Below, one piece after another: positions 47,084 to 55,595 of a stretch of DNA of 56,014 nucleotides. The stretch is from Alphaproteobacteria bacterium (GTDB lineage: Bacteria > Pseudomonadota > Alphaproteobacteria > Rs-D84), in contig JAGCYJ010000004.1 of the NCBI GenBank assembly GCA_017960855.1, forward strand, positions 1-56,014, read 5' to 3'. A program made the translations under genes and the position numbers. Under the pieces are notes generated by a model. It saw only the letters and a list, made by a program, of their open reading frames with translations, was not told the origin of the DNA and ran no database searches. Position 1 is the first letter of the stretch; the number at the start of each line of letters is the position of its first letter.

Positions 47084-48040
47084 GTGTTGCGTGAATTTGT
47101 CGTTGATGATTTAAATGCTGGGGTGCGCTTGGACAAGTTTTTGGTGGGCGTAATGCCAGAGTTTTCACGCAGTGAAATCCAAAAGTTTACTGTTTTGCGT
47201 GCTGGGGTGCCGGTGCGCTTTTCCGATCGTGTGAAAAGTGGCGACAAAATATCTGTGGAAATACCAGATGCGCCAAAAACAACGGTTGCAGCAGACAATA
47301 TTTCTTCGGATTTTGATTTGGACATTTTGTACGAAGACGACGATATTATCGTGATAAACAAACCGCGTGGTGTCGTGATGTACCCGTCTGCGGGAAACAA
47401 AACGGGAACATTGGTTCAAAATATTTTGGCACATACCCCATTGGCATCGGCGGGTGGCGCAATACGACCGGGGGTGGTGCACCGTTTGGACAAAGATACC
47501 AGTGGCGTTATGGTTTTTGCGAAATCTAATGCGGCATACAATGGTTTGGTGAAAACTTTTATGGCGCATGATTTAACACGAAAATATGTCGCGTTTGTTT
47601 GGGGCGTTCCGAATTGGGAAACGGCAACAATTACGGGTAATATTGCGCGTTCTTCACGCAATCGCCAAAAAATGAGCATGGTAAAGAGTGGTGGCAAACC
47701 AGCAACAACTTTGGTGGCGGTTATGGATACTTGGGGTCGTGCGGGGGTCAGTGCGTTTCGTTGCACATTATTGACGGGTCGCACGCATCAAATTCGTGTT
47801 CATTTATCGGCACATGGTTTCCCAGTTTTGTGTGATACGGTTTATGGTCGTACTGGTGCACGATTGGGCTCGGTCAAGAACGCAGATTTGTTGGATTTCT
47901 TGAAAACACATAATGGTCAAATGTTGCATGCAGAGGTGCTTGATTTTGTGCATCCAGTAACGGGTGAAAAAATGCATTTTCGTGCCCCACTGCCCGACGA
48001 TATGGTCGAATTAAAATATTTGCTTGATAATTTTAGTTAA
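47084..48040 (+). CDS. rluD: 23S rRNA pseudouridine synthase, RluD/RluA family
   Basis: GTG start, S4-like N-terminus (RLDKFL...SRSEIQK), then ILYEDDDIIVINKPRGVVMYP...VHRLDKDTSGVMVFAK...GRTHQIRVHL. Confidence 0.85.
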   Translation: MLREFVVDDLNAGVRLDKFLVGVMPEFSRSEIQKFTVLRAGVPVRFSDRVKSGDKISVEIPDAPKTTVAADNISSDFDLDILYEDDDIIVINKPRGVVMYPSAGNKTGTLVQNILAHTPLASAGGAIRPGVVHRLDKDTSGVMVFAKSNAAYNGLVKTFMAHDLTRKYVAFVWGVPNWETATITGNIARSSRNRQKMSMVKSGGKPATTLVAVMDTWGRAGVSAFRCTLLTGRTHQIRVHLSAHGFPVLCDTVYGRTGARLGSVKNADLLDFLKTHNGQMLHAEVLDFVHPVTGEKMHFRAPLPDDMVELKYLLDNFS

Positions 48041-48066
48041 TCTGTGTGATTTCATTACTTTTTCAT

Positions 48067-48094
48067 TTGTCTAAATCTGAAAATATGTTATAAT
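48067..48094 (+). promoter_or_regulatory. Extended -10 promoter for the Cys-rich protein P1 gene
   Basis: TTGTCT at 48067-48072, a 16 nt spacer, and TGtTATAAT at 48086-48094. Confidence 0.4.
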
Positions 48095-48120
48095 AAAATA
48101 ACAATAATGGAGTGAGACAA

Positions 48121-51100
48121 ATGCATTTCTTCAATAAAACGATTGGTTTAATGGCTGTTTTGTGCGCTATGCCGGCGGCGTTTGCTGCGACTGCGCGTCC
48201 AAGTATAGTTTCTGCAACTGTTGGTTCGCGTATGCCGACGATGGTTGTAAAGACATCCACCGCCAGCAGTACCAGTACAACGACAACATCTTCTGCGTTG
48301 CTTGCAAACGCAGAATGTATTGATGCGTACACCGAATGTATCAAGGACGCAGATTCCTGTGGTGAAAACTTTGAAGAATGCACAAATAAGGTCTTGTTCC
48401 ACGGAAAAATGCCAAACTGCTTGGGTACATTGGCACAATGTTCCACGTCTGGTGTAAACAGTTTGTTTGGAACATCAAATATTTCCGCTTTGTCTAATAT
48501 CGCGACTAAAAACACTTATGGCGAAGTGACCGATTATACATACCCGACCGATGGCAGTGTTTTGGGTCAAATGATAACTGCAGCGGCGATTTCTAATCGT
48601 TATGACACTTCAACCTGTGTTCGCCGTTATACATCGTGTTTGCGTAAAGATACTGTTTGTGGCGATGATTTTGAACTTTGCACAACGAACAAAGAATTCC
48701 GTAAGCAACGCGTATTTTGTGATTCAACATTGGCGCGTTGCCAATCTGATGGTGTGATTGAATTATTGGGTTCGTCAAATCGTACCGCAATGCCAACTGC
48801 GTCATCTCGTATTGGTGAAATGATTACCGAAGGTGCGGCATTGGCGGCAATTGCGTCCGTTTCCACATGCTATAAGGTTGTTGAACAGTGCTTCCTTGGT
48901 GCGTGTGCGGCAAACCCGTACAAGTGCTATGAAAACAGCAACCAATCTGTTGTTGAAATTGTTGAAGCAATCAACAATGGTACAGAAATCACAACCGAAA
49001 TGGTTGATGGTGTAATCAACAAATCGTCCATTTCTTCTTACCTGAAGAACAGTTGTTTGGACACAATTGGTTCAAACAAGTATTGTTATGCGACATTCTT
49101 GGGCAATGGCCAGATGCCAACAAATGCCCAGTTGCGTGATGAAGATAACCAAGAAGAAATATTTGATTTGGCATATTCGTCCCGTATGAATGACGCGATG
49201 AAGGCAAAGATTGCCGACTTGGTTGATAAATTTGATACCAAGGCAAAGCAGAAATGTACCGAAACAATTAAATCTTGCGCAATGCGTGTTTGTGGTGGTG
49301 GTGTTGGCTCGGCATGCTATGCGGCGGTGTTCGGTAATTCCGATAAAAGTATCAACGGTGCGGCTACATACGAAGAAATCAAGACGGGTTGTGCGCCAAT
49401 CGTCAATACCGATACATATTGCAAATATGCGGCGGCGAATCCAAATTCAACGGGTACATATTCTTATACATATATAAATCGCGAAGCATTTGATGTTTTG
49501 TTCCCAGAATATGACAATGGTGCTGAAATTGATGCAATTGGCGTTGTTGCATCTTTGAATTCTGCGTTGGCAACAAATTACAGCGATGCCGCAATTGCCC
49601 AGTTGAAAAAACAATGTCAATCAGTGGCCAGCAGCTGTGTTAAATCTATGTGCGGATCTGACTATGTCAATTGCTATCGCACACGTACCGATGTTGCGTC
49701 CAGTTTGACAAACACCGGCAACAGCACATTTGATGCATCCATGAACAAGGTTGGTGGTGTGCTTGATTACACAATCGTTTTGGGCTTGTGCTTGGACACC
49801 GTTAAAAATGCATCTGTTTGTGAAGAACACTTGGCGATTGAAGCGAACAAGATAAAAATCGCAGAGAAAGGTACATCTTCTTGGGGCGATGCGACATCTG
49901 TCCGTGAAGGTTGGATTGATGCAGGTGCAACTACAAAAATCACTGGTGAAACAGAAACAGTTGCGCTGACCGATGCGTATGGCAACAAGTTGTGCAGAAC
50001 CCAAGATGGCGACGAAGGTATCTGCTATACAGTAAGCGAAAGCGGCAAAGTGTATGATATTGAAGAAACAATAGATTACACCACATATGTCCAGAACCAA
50101 GCGGCTTCTACTTTGTTCAAAGATTTAATCTATGACATTGAAAAAGAAGCCCAGGCAAAATATAACTCTAAACTGACACATGAACAACAAATGTGCTATT
50201 CTGCAAATTCGGGTGGTATCGTTGGTAATAAAGATATGGGCAGCACATTTATGTGGGCTAAATTGAACGGTAACCGTGTTCCAAAAGATTACACTGTCAA
50301 TGGTTTGAAACAAACCGCGTTCAAGGCCAGCAACGATTTGTACGGTTCGTTCTGTCGTGTGCGTGTGACATTGCAATCTGATGATAAAAAGATTCAGGAT
50401 GCGATAAAGGGTAAATCTTGGAACACAGCATACTTTGCAGTTGGTGATTCGTTCACATGTGGTTCTTGGATTCCAGACGATGAATTGGAAGATTTGGCAA
50501 ATGCTGCGGCCGGCAAGGCAACCGAAGGTATGGCCGCGGATCAGAAACGTCTGCGCACATGGACAACGATTTTGGGCGCATTGGGCGGCAGTTTGGGCGG
50601 ATATGAATTGGGCGAAAGCATCCGCAAAGGCAAAGCATTAACTGGTTTGACTAAATGGAATACCACAAAAATGCAGTCCAAGAAAGATTTACAGGAATCA
50701 TGTGTAAGAATTGTAAATGCTTTGACTAATGATGATGCAAAACAACTGTATGATCATTCTGGCGACCTTTATAATACAGCCAGTGAGTTGCTGGGCAATA
50801 CAACGGATATGACTACATTAAATACTGCAAGAGAAGCGTTGTGGAATGCGTATATAAAGTGCTTGAATGACAAGACCAATAACCCCTGTGTTGCAGAAAG
50901 TGAGCTAGCAAAAGCAAAAAGCGAAGTTAGGTTAGTAGCCGGCAGAATCAAAAACGCGTGCAATAGTGCGGATATCAAGGATTCCGACGATGGTAAATCA
51001 CCTTGGTGGACAGTGGCCAGCACAATCGCATTGGGTACGGGTGGCGCATTGTTGGTGAACAAGGCAACACGCGATATTCAAAATTCTGAATTGTCCGCAG

Positions 51101-51216
51101 CCGAAAAAGCGGCATACGAAGAATGGATGAACAGTGTTGGTCGTCATGTTTCCTGCTATATCGGCGCAGATGAAGCCGGTAACTATGGCGATGTAATTAC
51201 AACCAGTTTGGAATAA
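48121..51216 (+). CDS. Giant secreted cysteine-rich protein P1 (1031 aa) with C-terminal hydrophobic segments
   Basis: SD ggag 8 nt before the ATG at 48121. Signal peptide MHFFNKTIGLMAVLCAMPAAFA, an S/T-rich linker, and about 40 Cys by my count, arranged in recurring C-x6-C-x4/6-C-x4-7-C modules. There are two hydrophobic segments near the C-terminus (TWTTILGALGGSLGG, WWTVASTIALGTGGALLV). Confidence 0.6.
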   Translation: MHFFNKTIGLMAVLCAMPAAFAATARPSIVSATVGSRMPTMVVKTSTASSTSTTTTSSALLANAECIDAYTECIKDADSCGENFEECTNKVLFHGKMPNCLGTLAQCSTSGVNSLFGTSNISALSNIATKNTYGEVTDYTYPTDGSVLGQMITAAAISNRYDTSTCVRRYTSCLRKDTVCGDDFELCTTNKEFRKQRVFCDSTLARCQSDGVIELLGSSNRTAMPTASSRIGEMITEGAALAAIASVSTCYKVVEQCFLGACAANPYKCYENSNQSVVEIVEAINNGTEITTEMVDGVINKSSISSYLKNSCLDTIGSNKYCYATFLGNGQMPTNAQLRDEDNQEEIFDLAYSSRMNDAMKAKIADLVDKFDTKAKQKCTETIKSCAMRVCGGGVGSACYAAVFGNSDKSINGAATYEEIKTGCAPIVNTDTYCKYAAANPNSTGTYSYTYINREAFDVLFPEYDNGAEIDAIGVVASLNSALATNYSDAAIAQLKKQCQSVASSCVKSMCGSDYVNCYRTRTDVASSLTNTGNSTFDASMNKVGGVLDYTIVLGLCLDTVKNASVCEEHLAIEANKIKIAEKGTSSWGDATSVREGWIDAGATTKITGETETVALTDAYGNKLCRTQDGDEGICYTVSESGKVYDIEETIDYTTYVQNQAASTLFKDLIYDIEKEAQAKYNSKLTHEQQMCYSANSGGIVGNKDMGSTFMWAKLNGNRVPKDYTVNGLKQTAFKASNDLYGSFCRVRVTLQSDDKKIQDAIKGKSWNTAYFAVGDSFTCGSWIPDDELEDLANAAAGKATEGMAADQKRLRTWTTILGALGGSLGGYELGESIRKGKALTGLTKWNTTKMQSKKDLQESCVRIVNALTNDDAKQLYDHSGDLYNTASELLGNTTDMTTLNTAREALWNAYIKCLNDKTNNPCVAESELAKAKSEVRLVAGRIKNACNSADIKDSDDGKSPWWTVASTIALGTGGALLVNKATRDIQNSELSAAEKAAYEEWMNSVGRHVSCYIGADEAGNYGDVITTSLE

Positions 51217-51235
51217 TCCTTGCTAATTAAAAAGA

Positions 51236-51257
51236 CCGCCCACACGGGCGGTTTTTT
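51236..51257 (+). terminator. Rho-independent terminator after P1 (CCGCCC/GGGCGG stem)
   Basis: ccgccc-acac-gggcgg followed by tttttt. Confidence 0.7.
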
Positions 51258-51270
51258 GTTGTCTTTCCCC

Positions 51271-51299
51271 TTGCTAGAACATGTTTTTTATGTTAAAAT
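51271..51299 (+). promoter_or_regulatory. Extended -10 promoter for the P2 gene (TTGCTA-17 nt-TGtTAAAAT)
   Basis: TTGCTA at 51271-51276 and TGtTAAAAT at 51291-51299. SD aagagag lies upstream of the ATG at 51317. Confidence 0.4.
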
Positions 51300-51316
51300 T
51301 AAAGGTAAGAGAGAAT

Positions 51317-53689
51317 ATGAAATATCTTGCCAGATTTTTGTTGGCGGTGCTGTGTGTCGTGCCTTTTGGCGCGCAGGGTTCTAATGTTCCGACAACGCGT
51401 GGAAATAATTTAACCGCGTATAATGGCGCATCGGGTTCAACAAATAATAATAACTGGAACGCGTTGATGAATGTGCGTTCGGGTTCTGATGCGGCTGATA
51501 TGCCGGTTGCTGATTTTGGTAATTGTAATGCGATTGTTTTGCGCTGTGCACAACCGAAGTGCGCGAATGGCGGTTGTACAGATATGAATATTGCCGCGAC
51601 AATCGTAAATGGCTGTGTGCAATCTAACGAAGCGTGTAAAGAATATGGCGACGATTTAATTGGGTATATTGCGGCGCAATTGGTGGCTAATTCCACCGCC
51701 AAGGCAAATGCTGCACAAAATGCCGCTGCCCAGGCCGCTGCGGAACAAAACGCCCAGCAAATGCAACAAATGCAGGCGCAAATGCAACAACAGATGCAAC
51801 AAATGGCGGCACAAAATGCCGAAACCGTTGCACAATTACAAAGTGCGCTGGATGAACAAAAACAAATGACTGCCCAGGCAATCGCAGATGCCACTGCATC
51901 GCGTTCCGCGCCGGTTGCAACAACGACCACAAGCAGCAGTTCAAATAACGATTTAACAACGCAACAACAAGCGGCGGCGGGCGCATTGACCACCGCACAA
52001 CAAATAGCAGCGCAAAACGGTGTTTCGCCGGATATTTTGGCACGTGAACAGATTACCGGTCAAATCATGTCATCGCTTGAAAATGCGGAAACACAGTTAA
52101 AAACATTAAAAACCACAATGGCAGACACGTTTGAATACGCGGGTTGTGATACAAAGGGTTCTAATTGTACCGGTCCAAAACGGGTAAAGGTTTTTAAACA
52201 AAAGGCAATGTCGTTCTTTGACCCGTATGAAAATGTTTTGGACGAATTGTATGACGCTTTAATTACTGCCCAGGCGGTTGGTGTTGACATTACTGATATC
52301 TACATGATGCTGAATGGTTCATGCAATGTGTGGGGAAAATATCTGTGTAATTTAGGGGCGACCATCAAAGAAAGAGTTTGTGATGAACCTATTGTAACAG
52401 TAGTTGGCACAGGTATTTCTGTTACATGTAAGGATAATTTGTACCACTATGAGACAAGGGTAAAAAATACGGATACTTACGATGATACTTCGTGTCCAAA
52501 TAATACCAGGTCTGTGCAATCTGGTCGCGCCCGTGGCGGACATGAATGTATCCAGGGTCAAGTGATACCCCCAGAAGATGATATTGCATGCACATTGCAA
52601 AAAATGATTGTTGACAGTGATGATGACCCAGTGCAACGTGATTGGTTGTGGAATGAAACAGATGAAGAGGGATCAAATATTCGTGTCGGTTGTGCATCGT
52701 CTGCACTGGAAGCATCTAAATTCTTCCGTAATCGTAAAAAGGGTACAAATCTGGACATAGAAATTTTGGAACGCATTGTGGAACAAGATGCGCCAAGTTC
52801 CTTTGGGGCTATTTGGGGAAATAGCAACAATACCACATCACCAAAGCCAGATGGTGTAAAGTACTGTGCTGTAAGCGGTGATACAATCGGTGAATTGGAA
52901 AAAATAGTTTCATTAAAAACACTGCCGAAACCCGTGTGTGTAAAAGATGGTAGTTTAGAACAAATATTCAATGACGATAATGGCAAGGTGACCACGTCGA
53001 ATGGTATGGATTGCGAAAATGACGATAATAATCGTATAAATCCGCTAATCGCACTGTGTTCAACACATGTCTATAATATTGGTGAAGCGCAAAATCAATC
53101 TGATGAATCGCGTAAACAACAGATGCGGCAAGTTATTGCTTTAAAGACAACATTTATGACGCAACAGATGTATAAGCAATACGAATACATGGAAACGATG
53201 ATTCGTCGGTTTAAAACCCAATTGGAAAAAGCAGTTTTGACAACTAAACTTCAGGCCGCCAGTGGTGGCAACACCAGTGGTTCGTCATCTTCTTCAACAG
53301 GCGGTTCTGTGTCCGGTGGTTCGGTACAGCGTAGTCGTGATGTCTATGCCGTCGTTGATGGTGCTCAAGATTGTAATTTAATTGAAACAGGAACCGCAGA
53401 TGCTTTGCAGTGTGTTCAAGGAAATATAACCGCCGCACTTAGAGCATTGGACGAAGGTAAAAACGCCGAAGCAAGAAGACAACTGCAAAAAGATTTAGAA
53501 GTAGCAAAAAGATATGGTAGAAGTTATAACGATGATTTAAAAAATAATAAAGTTACGAGTTGCAATACAATAGCATCCAGTTCAAATCCATCAACATTAC
53601 GCACCTGTGCATACGATTTGCGTTCCGCGGTGGCGCTTGCGATAACCAAGTATAATAATGAGTCAAGTCGCACGCGCGCCACACCATAA
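51317..53689 (+). CDS. Large secreted cysteine-rich protein P2 (790 aa) with a Q/M/A-rich low-complexity region
   Basis: Signal peptide MKYLARFLLAVLCVVPFGAQG, the module NCNAIVLRCAQPKCANGGC matching P1 modules, the AQNAAAQAAAEQNAQQMQQMQAQMQQQMQQMAAQ stretch, and about 25 Cys by my count. Confidence 0.6.
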   Translation: MKYLARFLLAVLCVVPFGAQGSNVPTTRGNNLTAYNGASGSTNNNNWNALMNVRSGSDAADMPVADFGNCNAIVLRCAQPKCANGGCTDMNIAATIVNGCVQSNEACKEYGDDLIGYIAAQLVANSTAKANAAQNAAAQAAAEQNAQQMQQMQAQMQQQMQQMAAQNAETVAQLQSALDEQKQMTAQAIADATASRSAPVATTTTSSSSNNDLTTQQQAAAGALTTAQQIAAQNGVSPDILAREQITGQIMSSLENAETQLKTLKTTMADTFEYAGCDTKGSNCTGPKRVKVFKQKAMSFFDPYENVLDELYDALITAQAVGVDITDIYMMLNGSCNVWGKYLCNLGATIKERVCDEPIVTVVGTGISVTCKDNLYHYETRVKNTDTYDDTSCPNNTRSVQSGRARGGHECIQGQVIPPEDDIACTLQKMIVDSDDDPVQRDWLWNETDEEGSNIRVGCASSALEASKFFRNRKKGTNLDIEILERIVEQDAPSSFGAIWGNSNNTTSPKPDGVKYCAVSGDTIGELEKIVSLKTLPKPVCVKDGSLEQIFNDDNGKVTTSNGMDCENDDNNRINPLIALCSTHVYNIGEAQNQSDESRKQQMRQVIALKTTFMTQQMYKQYEYMETMIRRFKTQLEKAVLTTKLQAASGGNTSGSSSSSTGGSVSGGSVQRSRDVYAVVDGAQDCNLIETGTADALQCVQGNITAALRALDEGKNAEARRQLQKDLEVAKRYGRSYNDDLKNNKVTSCNTIASSSNPSTLRTCAYDLRSAVALAITKYNNESSRTRATP

Positions 53690-53697
53690 TTATTTAT

Positions 53698-53719
53698 CCG
53701 CCCGTTTGGGCGGTTTTTT
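53698..53719 (+). terminator. Rho-independent terminator after P2 (same CCGCCC/GGGCGG stem as the P1 terminator)
   Basis: ccgccc-gttt-gggcgg followed by tttttt. Confidence 0.7.
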
Positions 53720-53737
53720 GTTGAAGCATGCAGAGTG

Positions 53738-53837
53738 TTGTCATCCCGGGCTTGCCCCGGGATCCAGGTAATAGAAAAGCACGCGCCAATAGCGCGACAT
53801 AAATACCTGGACCACGGCTCTGGGGCCGGGGTGACAA
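53738..53837. repeat. Roughly 100 bp imperfect palindromic element (MITE / RPE-like) between two terminators
   Basis: The left arm ttgtcatcccgggcttgccccgggatccaggta pairs with the right arm tacctggaccacggctctggggccggggtgacaa. The terminal ttgtca(t/c)cccgg and tccaggta blocks are complementary, and there is an internal cccggg-cttgc-cccggg hairpin. Confidence 0.4.
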
Positions 53838-53878
53838 AATAGTATGGGGGCGGGGCAAGGAATAGATGTTACTTTATT

Positions 53879-53908
53879 AAAAAAACGCCCCGTGGGGCGT
53901 TGTTTTTT
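53879..53908. terminator. Terminator after the P3 gene (AACGCCC hairpin, A- and T-runs on both sides)
   Basis: aaaaaaacgccc-cgtg-gggcgttgtttttt. Confidence 0.6.
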
Positions 53909-53916
53909 GTTTTTGC

Positions 53917-55299
53917 TTATGGACATAGCTCTAGCTGTCTTAACACATTCCGGACGTCATTATTTACCGATACCATTGTCTTGCGACCCAGACCGTCTGT
54001 GTATGTGTAAAAGAACTTCTGTTCGGCAAAATCTGGTGCGGCTTCATACACTTGTTGGAACGGTGCCAACATAGCTGCAAACCATTGACGGCCACGGCAC
54101 AGGCATCCATTACGTACGTCCGCAGCAACCGCAGCCGTTGCAGTGTTTGGATACTTGCTGTCCAATTCTTCGTCCGTCATCATCAGACAACGAGAACCGA
54201 ATCCATAGAAGTTTGCGTCATCAGACATGAATTTATATATCAAACCATCTGATGCACCCGCGCGCTTCAACGAATATACTAAACCGTCTGTGCAACATGC
54301 ATTAGCGGAACGCATCAGCATTTTATAGCGGTCAAGCAACGGCGCAGAAATCGGATCGTTTGCAGTGATTGATGGGTTGCGGTCAGCAACATATACAAAC
54401 GCGTTTAATGAGTCAGCACGAATAACTGGGCTGCGTGGTGAAACTGTTTCGCGAATAATCGGCTTGCGACGCCATATTTCGCATTCTGTTTCAGAATCAA
54501 ATGGACAACCATCGGAACGACCAAATGTATAAGATACAACCTGGGTTAAATCTTGGGCTGTATATTTTGGTGCCGGTGCGTAAACTGGGTGTGATACAAC
54601 CGCAGGGGCAACCGCCACTTCGTCATTGCATCCTTCATCCGCCCAGAAATTAAATTGTGGACGTTGTGGTTCCAACAGTTCGTCAATGCGTGCGCGTGTC
54701 GCAGCGGCATCGGCCATATTCTGATTATACAGCGCAATAGCTGGATCTGTCTGATACGACTGAACCGCAGGATATGCAGGATATGTCTGGTATGTTGCTT
54801 GTGCTTGGTATCTTTGCTGCGATGGCGCATCAACTTCGCGTAAATATATTTCTGGCGATGGTTCCAAGAACCAGTCCGAGAAATCTTTACGACGATAGTG
54901 TGCAATCGAATCGTCCCAAATTGGAACGCCGTCGCGCCAGTCAACAGTTTTATCGTTGGTATAACGCACCTGTTTGCCACGTACAGTACCGTCCCACACC
55001 GCCGGACGCGTATCTTCGGGCACTGGTTTAATTGTCAGTGTCTTGACAGAACGCATCGGTATTTGCGTTGCATAGATGTATTCAGTTGGTTGCTGATATT
55101 GTGCGACCGGTGTTGGCGCAACATATCCAACCGGTTCCGAATAGGTATAACCCATCGGTGCCGGCGCGTATCTTGTGCCAGTGTCAGCATACATCATTTC
55201 CATAAAATCACATTCTGCCCCCGTACAATCGGACGCCAGGGCAGGTGCAATCCCGCATATTACAAGCAGGGATGCGAAAGCATATTTATTCTTTTTCAT
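53917..55299 (-). CDS. Secreted hypothetical protein P3 (460 aa), Pro/Tyr/Gln-rich with Cys pairs
   Basis: Signal peptide MKKNKYAFASLLVICGIAPALA, a P/Y/Q-rich middle (YQAQATYQTYPAYPAVQSYQTDP), and a Cys-containing C-terminal domain (ANACCTDG...GSRCLMM...NGCLCRG). Confidence 0.55.
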   Translation of the reverse strand: MKKNKYAFASLLVICGIAPALASDCTGAECDFMEMMYADTGTRYAPAPMGYTYSEPVGYVAPTPVAQYQQPTEYIYATQIPMRSVKTLTIKPVPEDTRPAVWDGTVRGKQVRYTNDKTVDWRDGVPIWDDSIAHYRRKDFSDWFLEPSPEIYLREVDAPSQQRYQAQATYQTYPAYPAVQSYQTDPAIALYNQNMADAAATRARIDELLEPQRPQFNFWADEGCNDEVAVAPAVVSHPVYAPAPKYTAQDLTQVVSYTFGRSDGCPFDSETECEIWRRKPIIRETVSPRSPVIRADSLNAFVYVADRNPSITANDPISAPLLDRYKMLMRSANACCTDGLVYSLKRAGASDGLIYKFMSDDANFYGFGSRCLMMTDEELDSKYPNTATAAVAADVRNGCLCRGRQWFAAMLAPFQQVYEAAPDFAEQKFFYTYTDGLGRKTMVSVNNDVRNVLRQLELCP

Positions 55300-55306
55300 G
55301 CCTTAA

Positions 55307-55315
55307 ATTATACCA
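55307..55315 (-). promoter_or_regulatory. Extended -10 element (TGgTATAAT) 7 nt upstream of the P3 ATG
   Basis: The reverse complement of 55307-55315 is TGGTATAAT, followed by ttaaggc and then the ATG at 55299. There is no SD. Confidence 0.35.
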
Positions 55316-55564
55316 CAAAATATCAGGATAAAAAACAGATTTTTTATGGTTGTTGTCTTTTTTGTAAAATTATGTGTTTTGGGTGGTGTTCGTAATCACG
55401 AATCGGGCTTTTTGTCGCAACGAATCGCTAAAATAGATAAAAATCGAATCGTAATAATGGGTGGCAAAAGTCAAAAGGTTATAAAAACAAGAAAAATAAA
55501 ATGGCGGATTTCTGCGCTTTTTTATTTTTTAACAACTTTTTTAAAATTATTTTGGAAAAAACGC

Positions 55565-55595
55565 TTGACTTTTTTTTGATTTCAATTCATACTAT
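55565..55595 (+). promoter_or_regulatory. Candidate rRNA operon promoter with an A/T-rich UP-like region
   Basis: TTGACT at 55565-55570, then CATACT (17 nt spacer) or TACTAT (19 nt spacer) at 55588-55595. It is preceded by ttttttaaaattattttggaaaaaa. A boxA-like tgctctcaac lies at 55628-55637. Confidence 0.4.

Noticed and set aside
51274-51993. 239 aa Cys/Ala-rich ORF on the minus strand (CCCVV..., ICCICCCICAC...)
   Set aside because: It is the antisense reading of the GCA/CAA/ATG codon-repeat region of P2. The striking Cys runs are just the complement of Gln/Ala codons. It has no RBS and overlaps a gene with a clear signal peptide and promoter.
53741-54074. Short ORFs 53741-53926 (-) and 53844-54074 (+)
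   Set aside because: They overlap the palindromic element, a terminator and the 3' end of P3, so they are artefacts of GC-rich hairpin sequence.
55346-55579. 77 aa ORF upstream of the 16S gene
   Set aside because: It lies in the rRNA promoter/UP-element region, is lysine/phenylalanine-rich from AT-rich DNA, and has no RBS.
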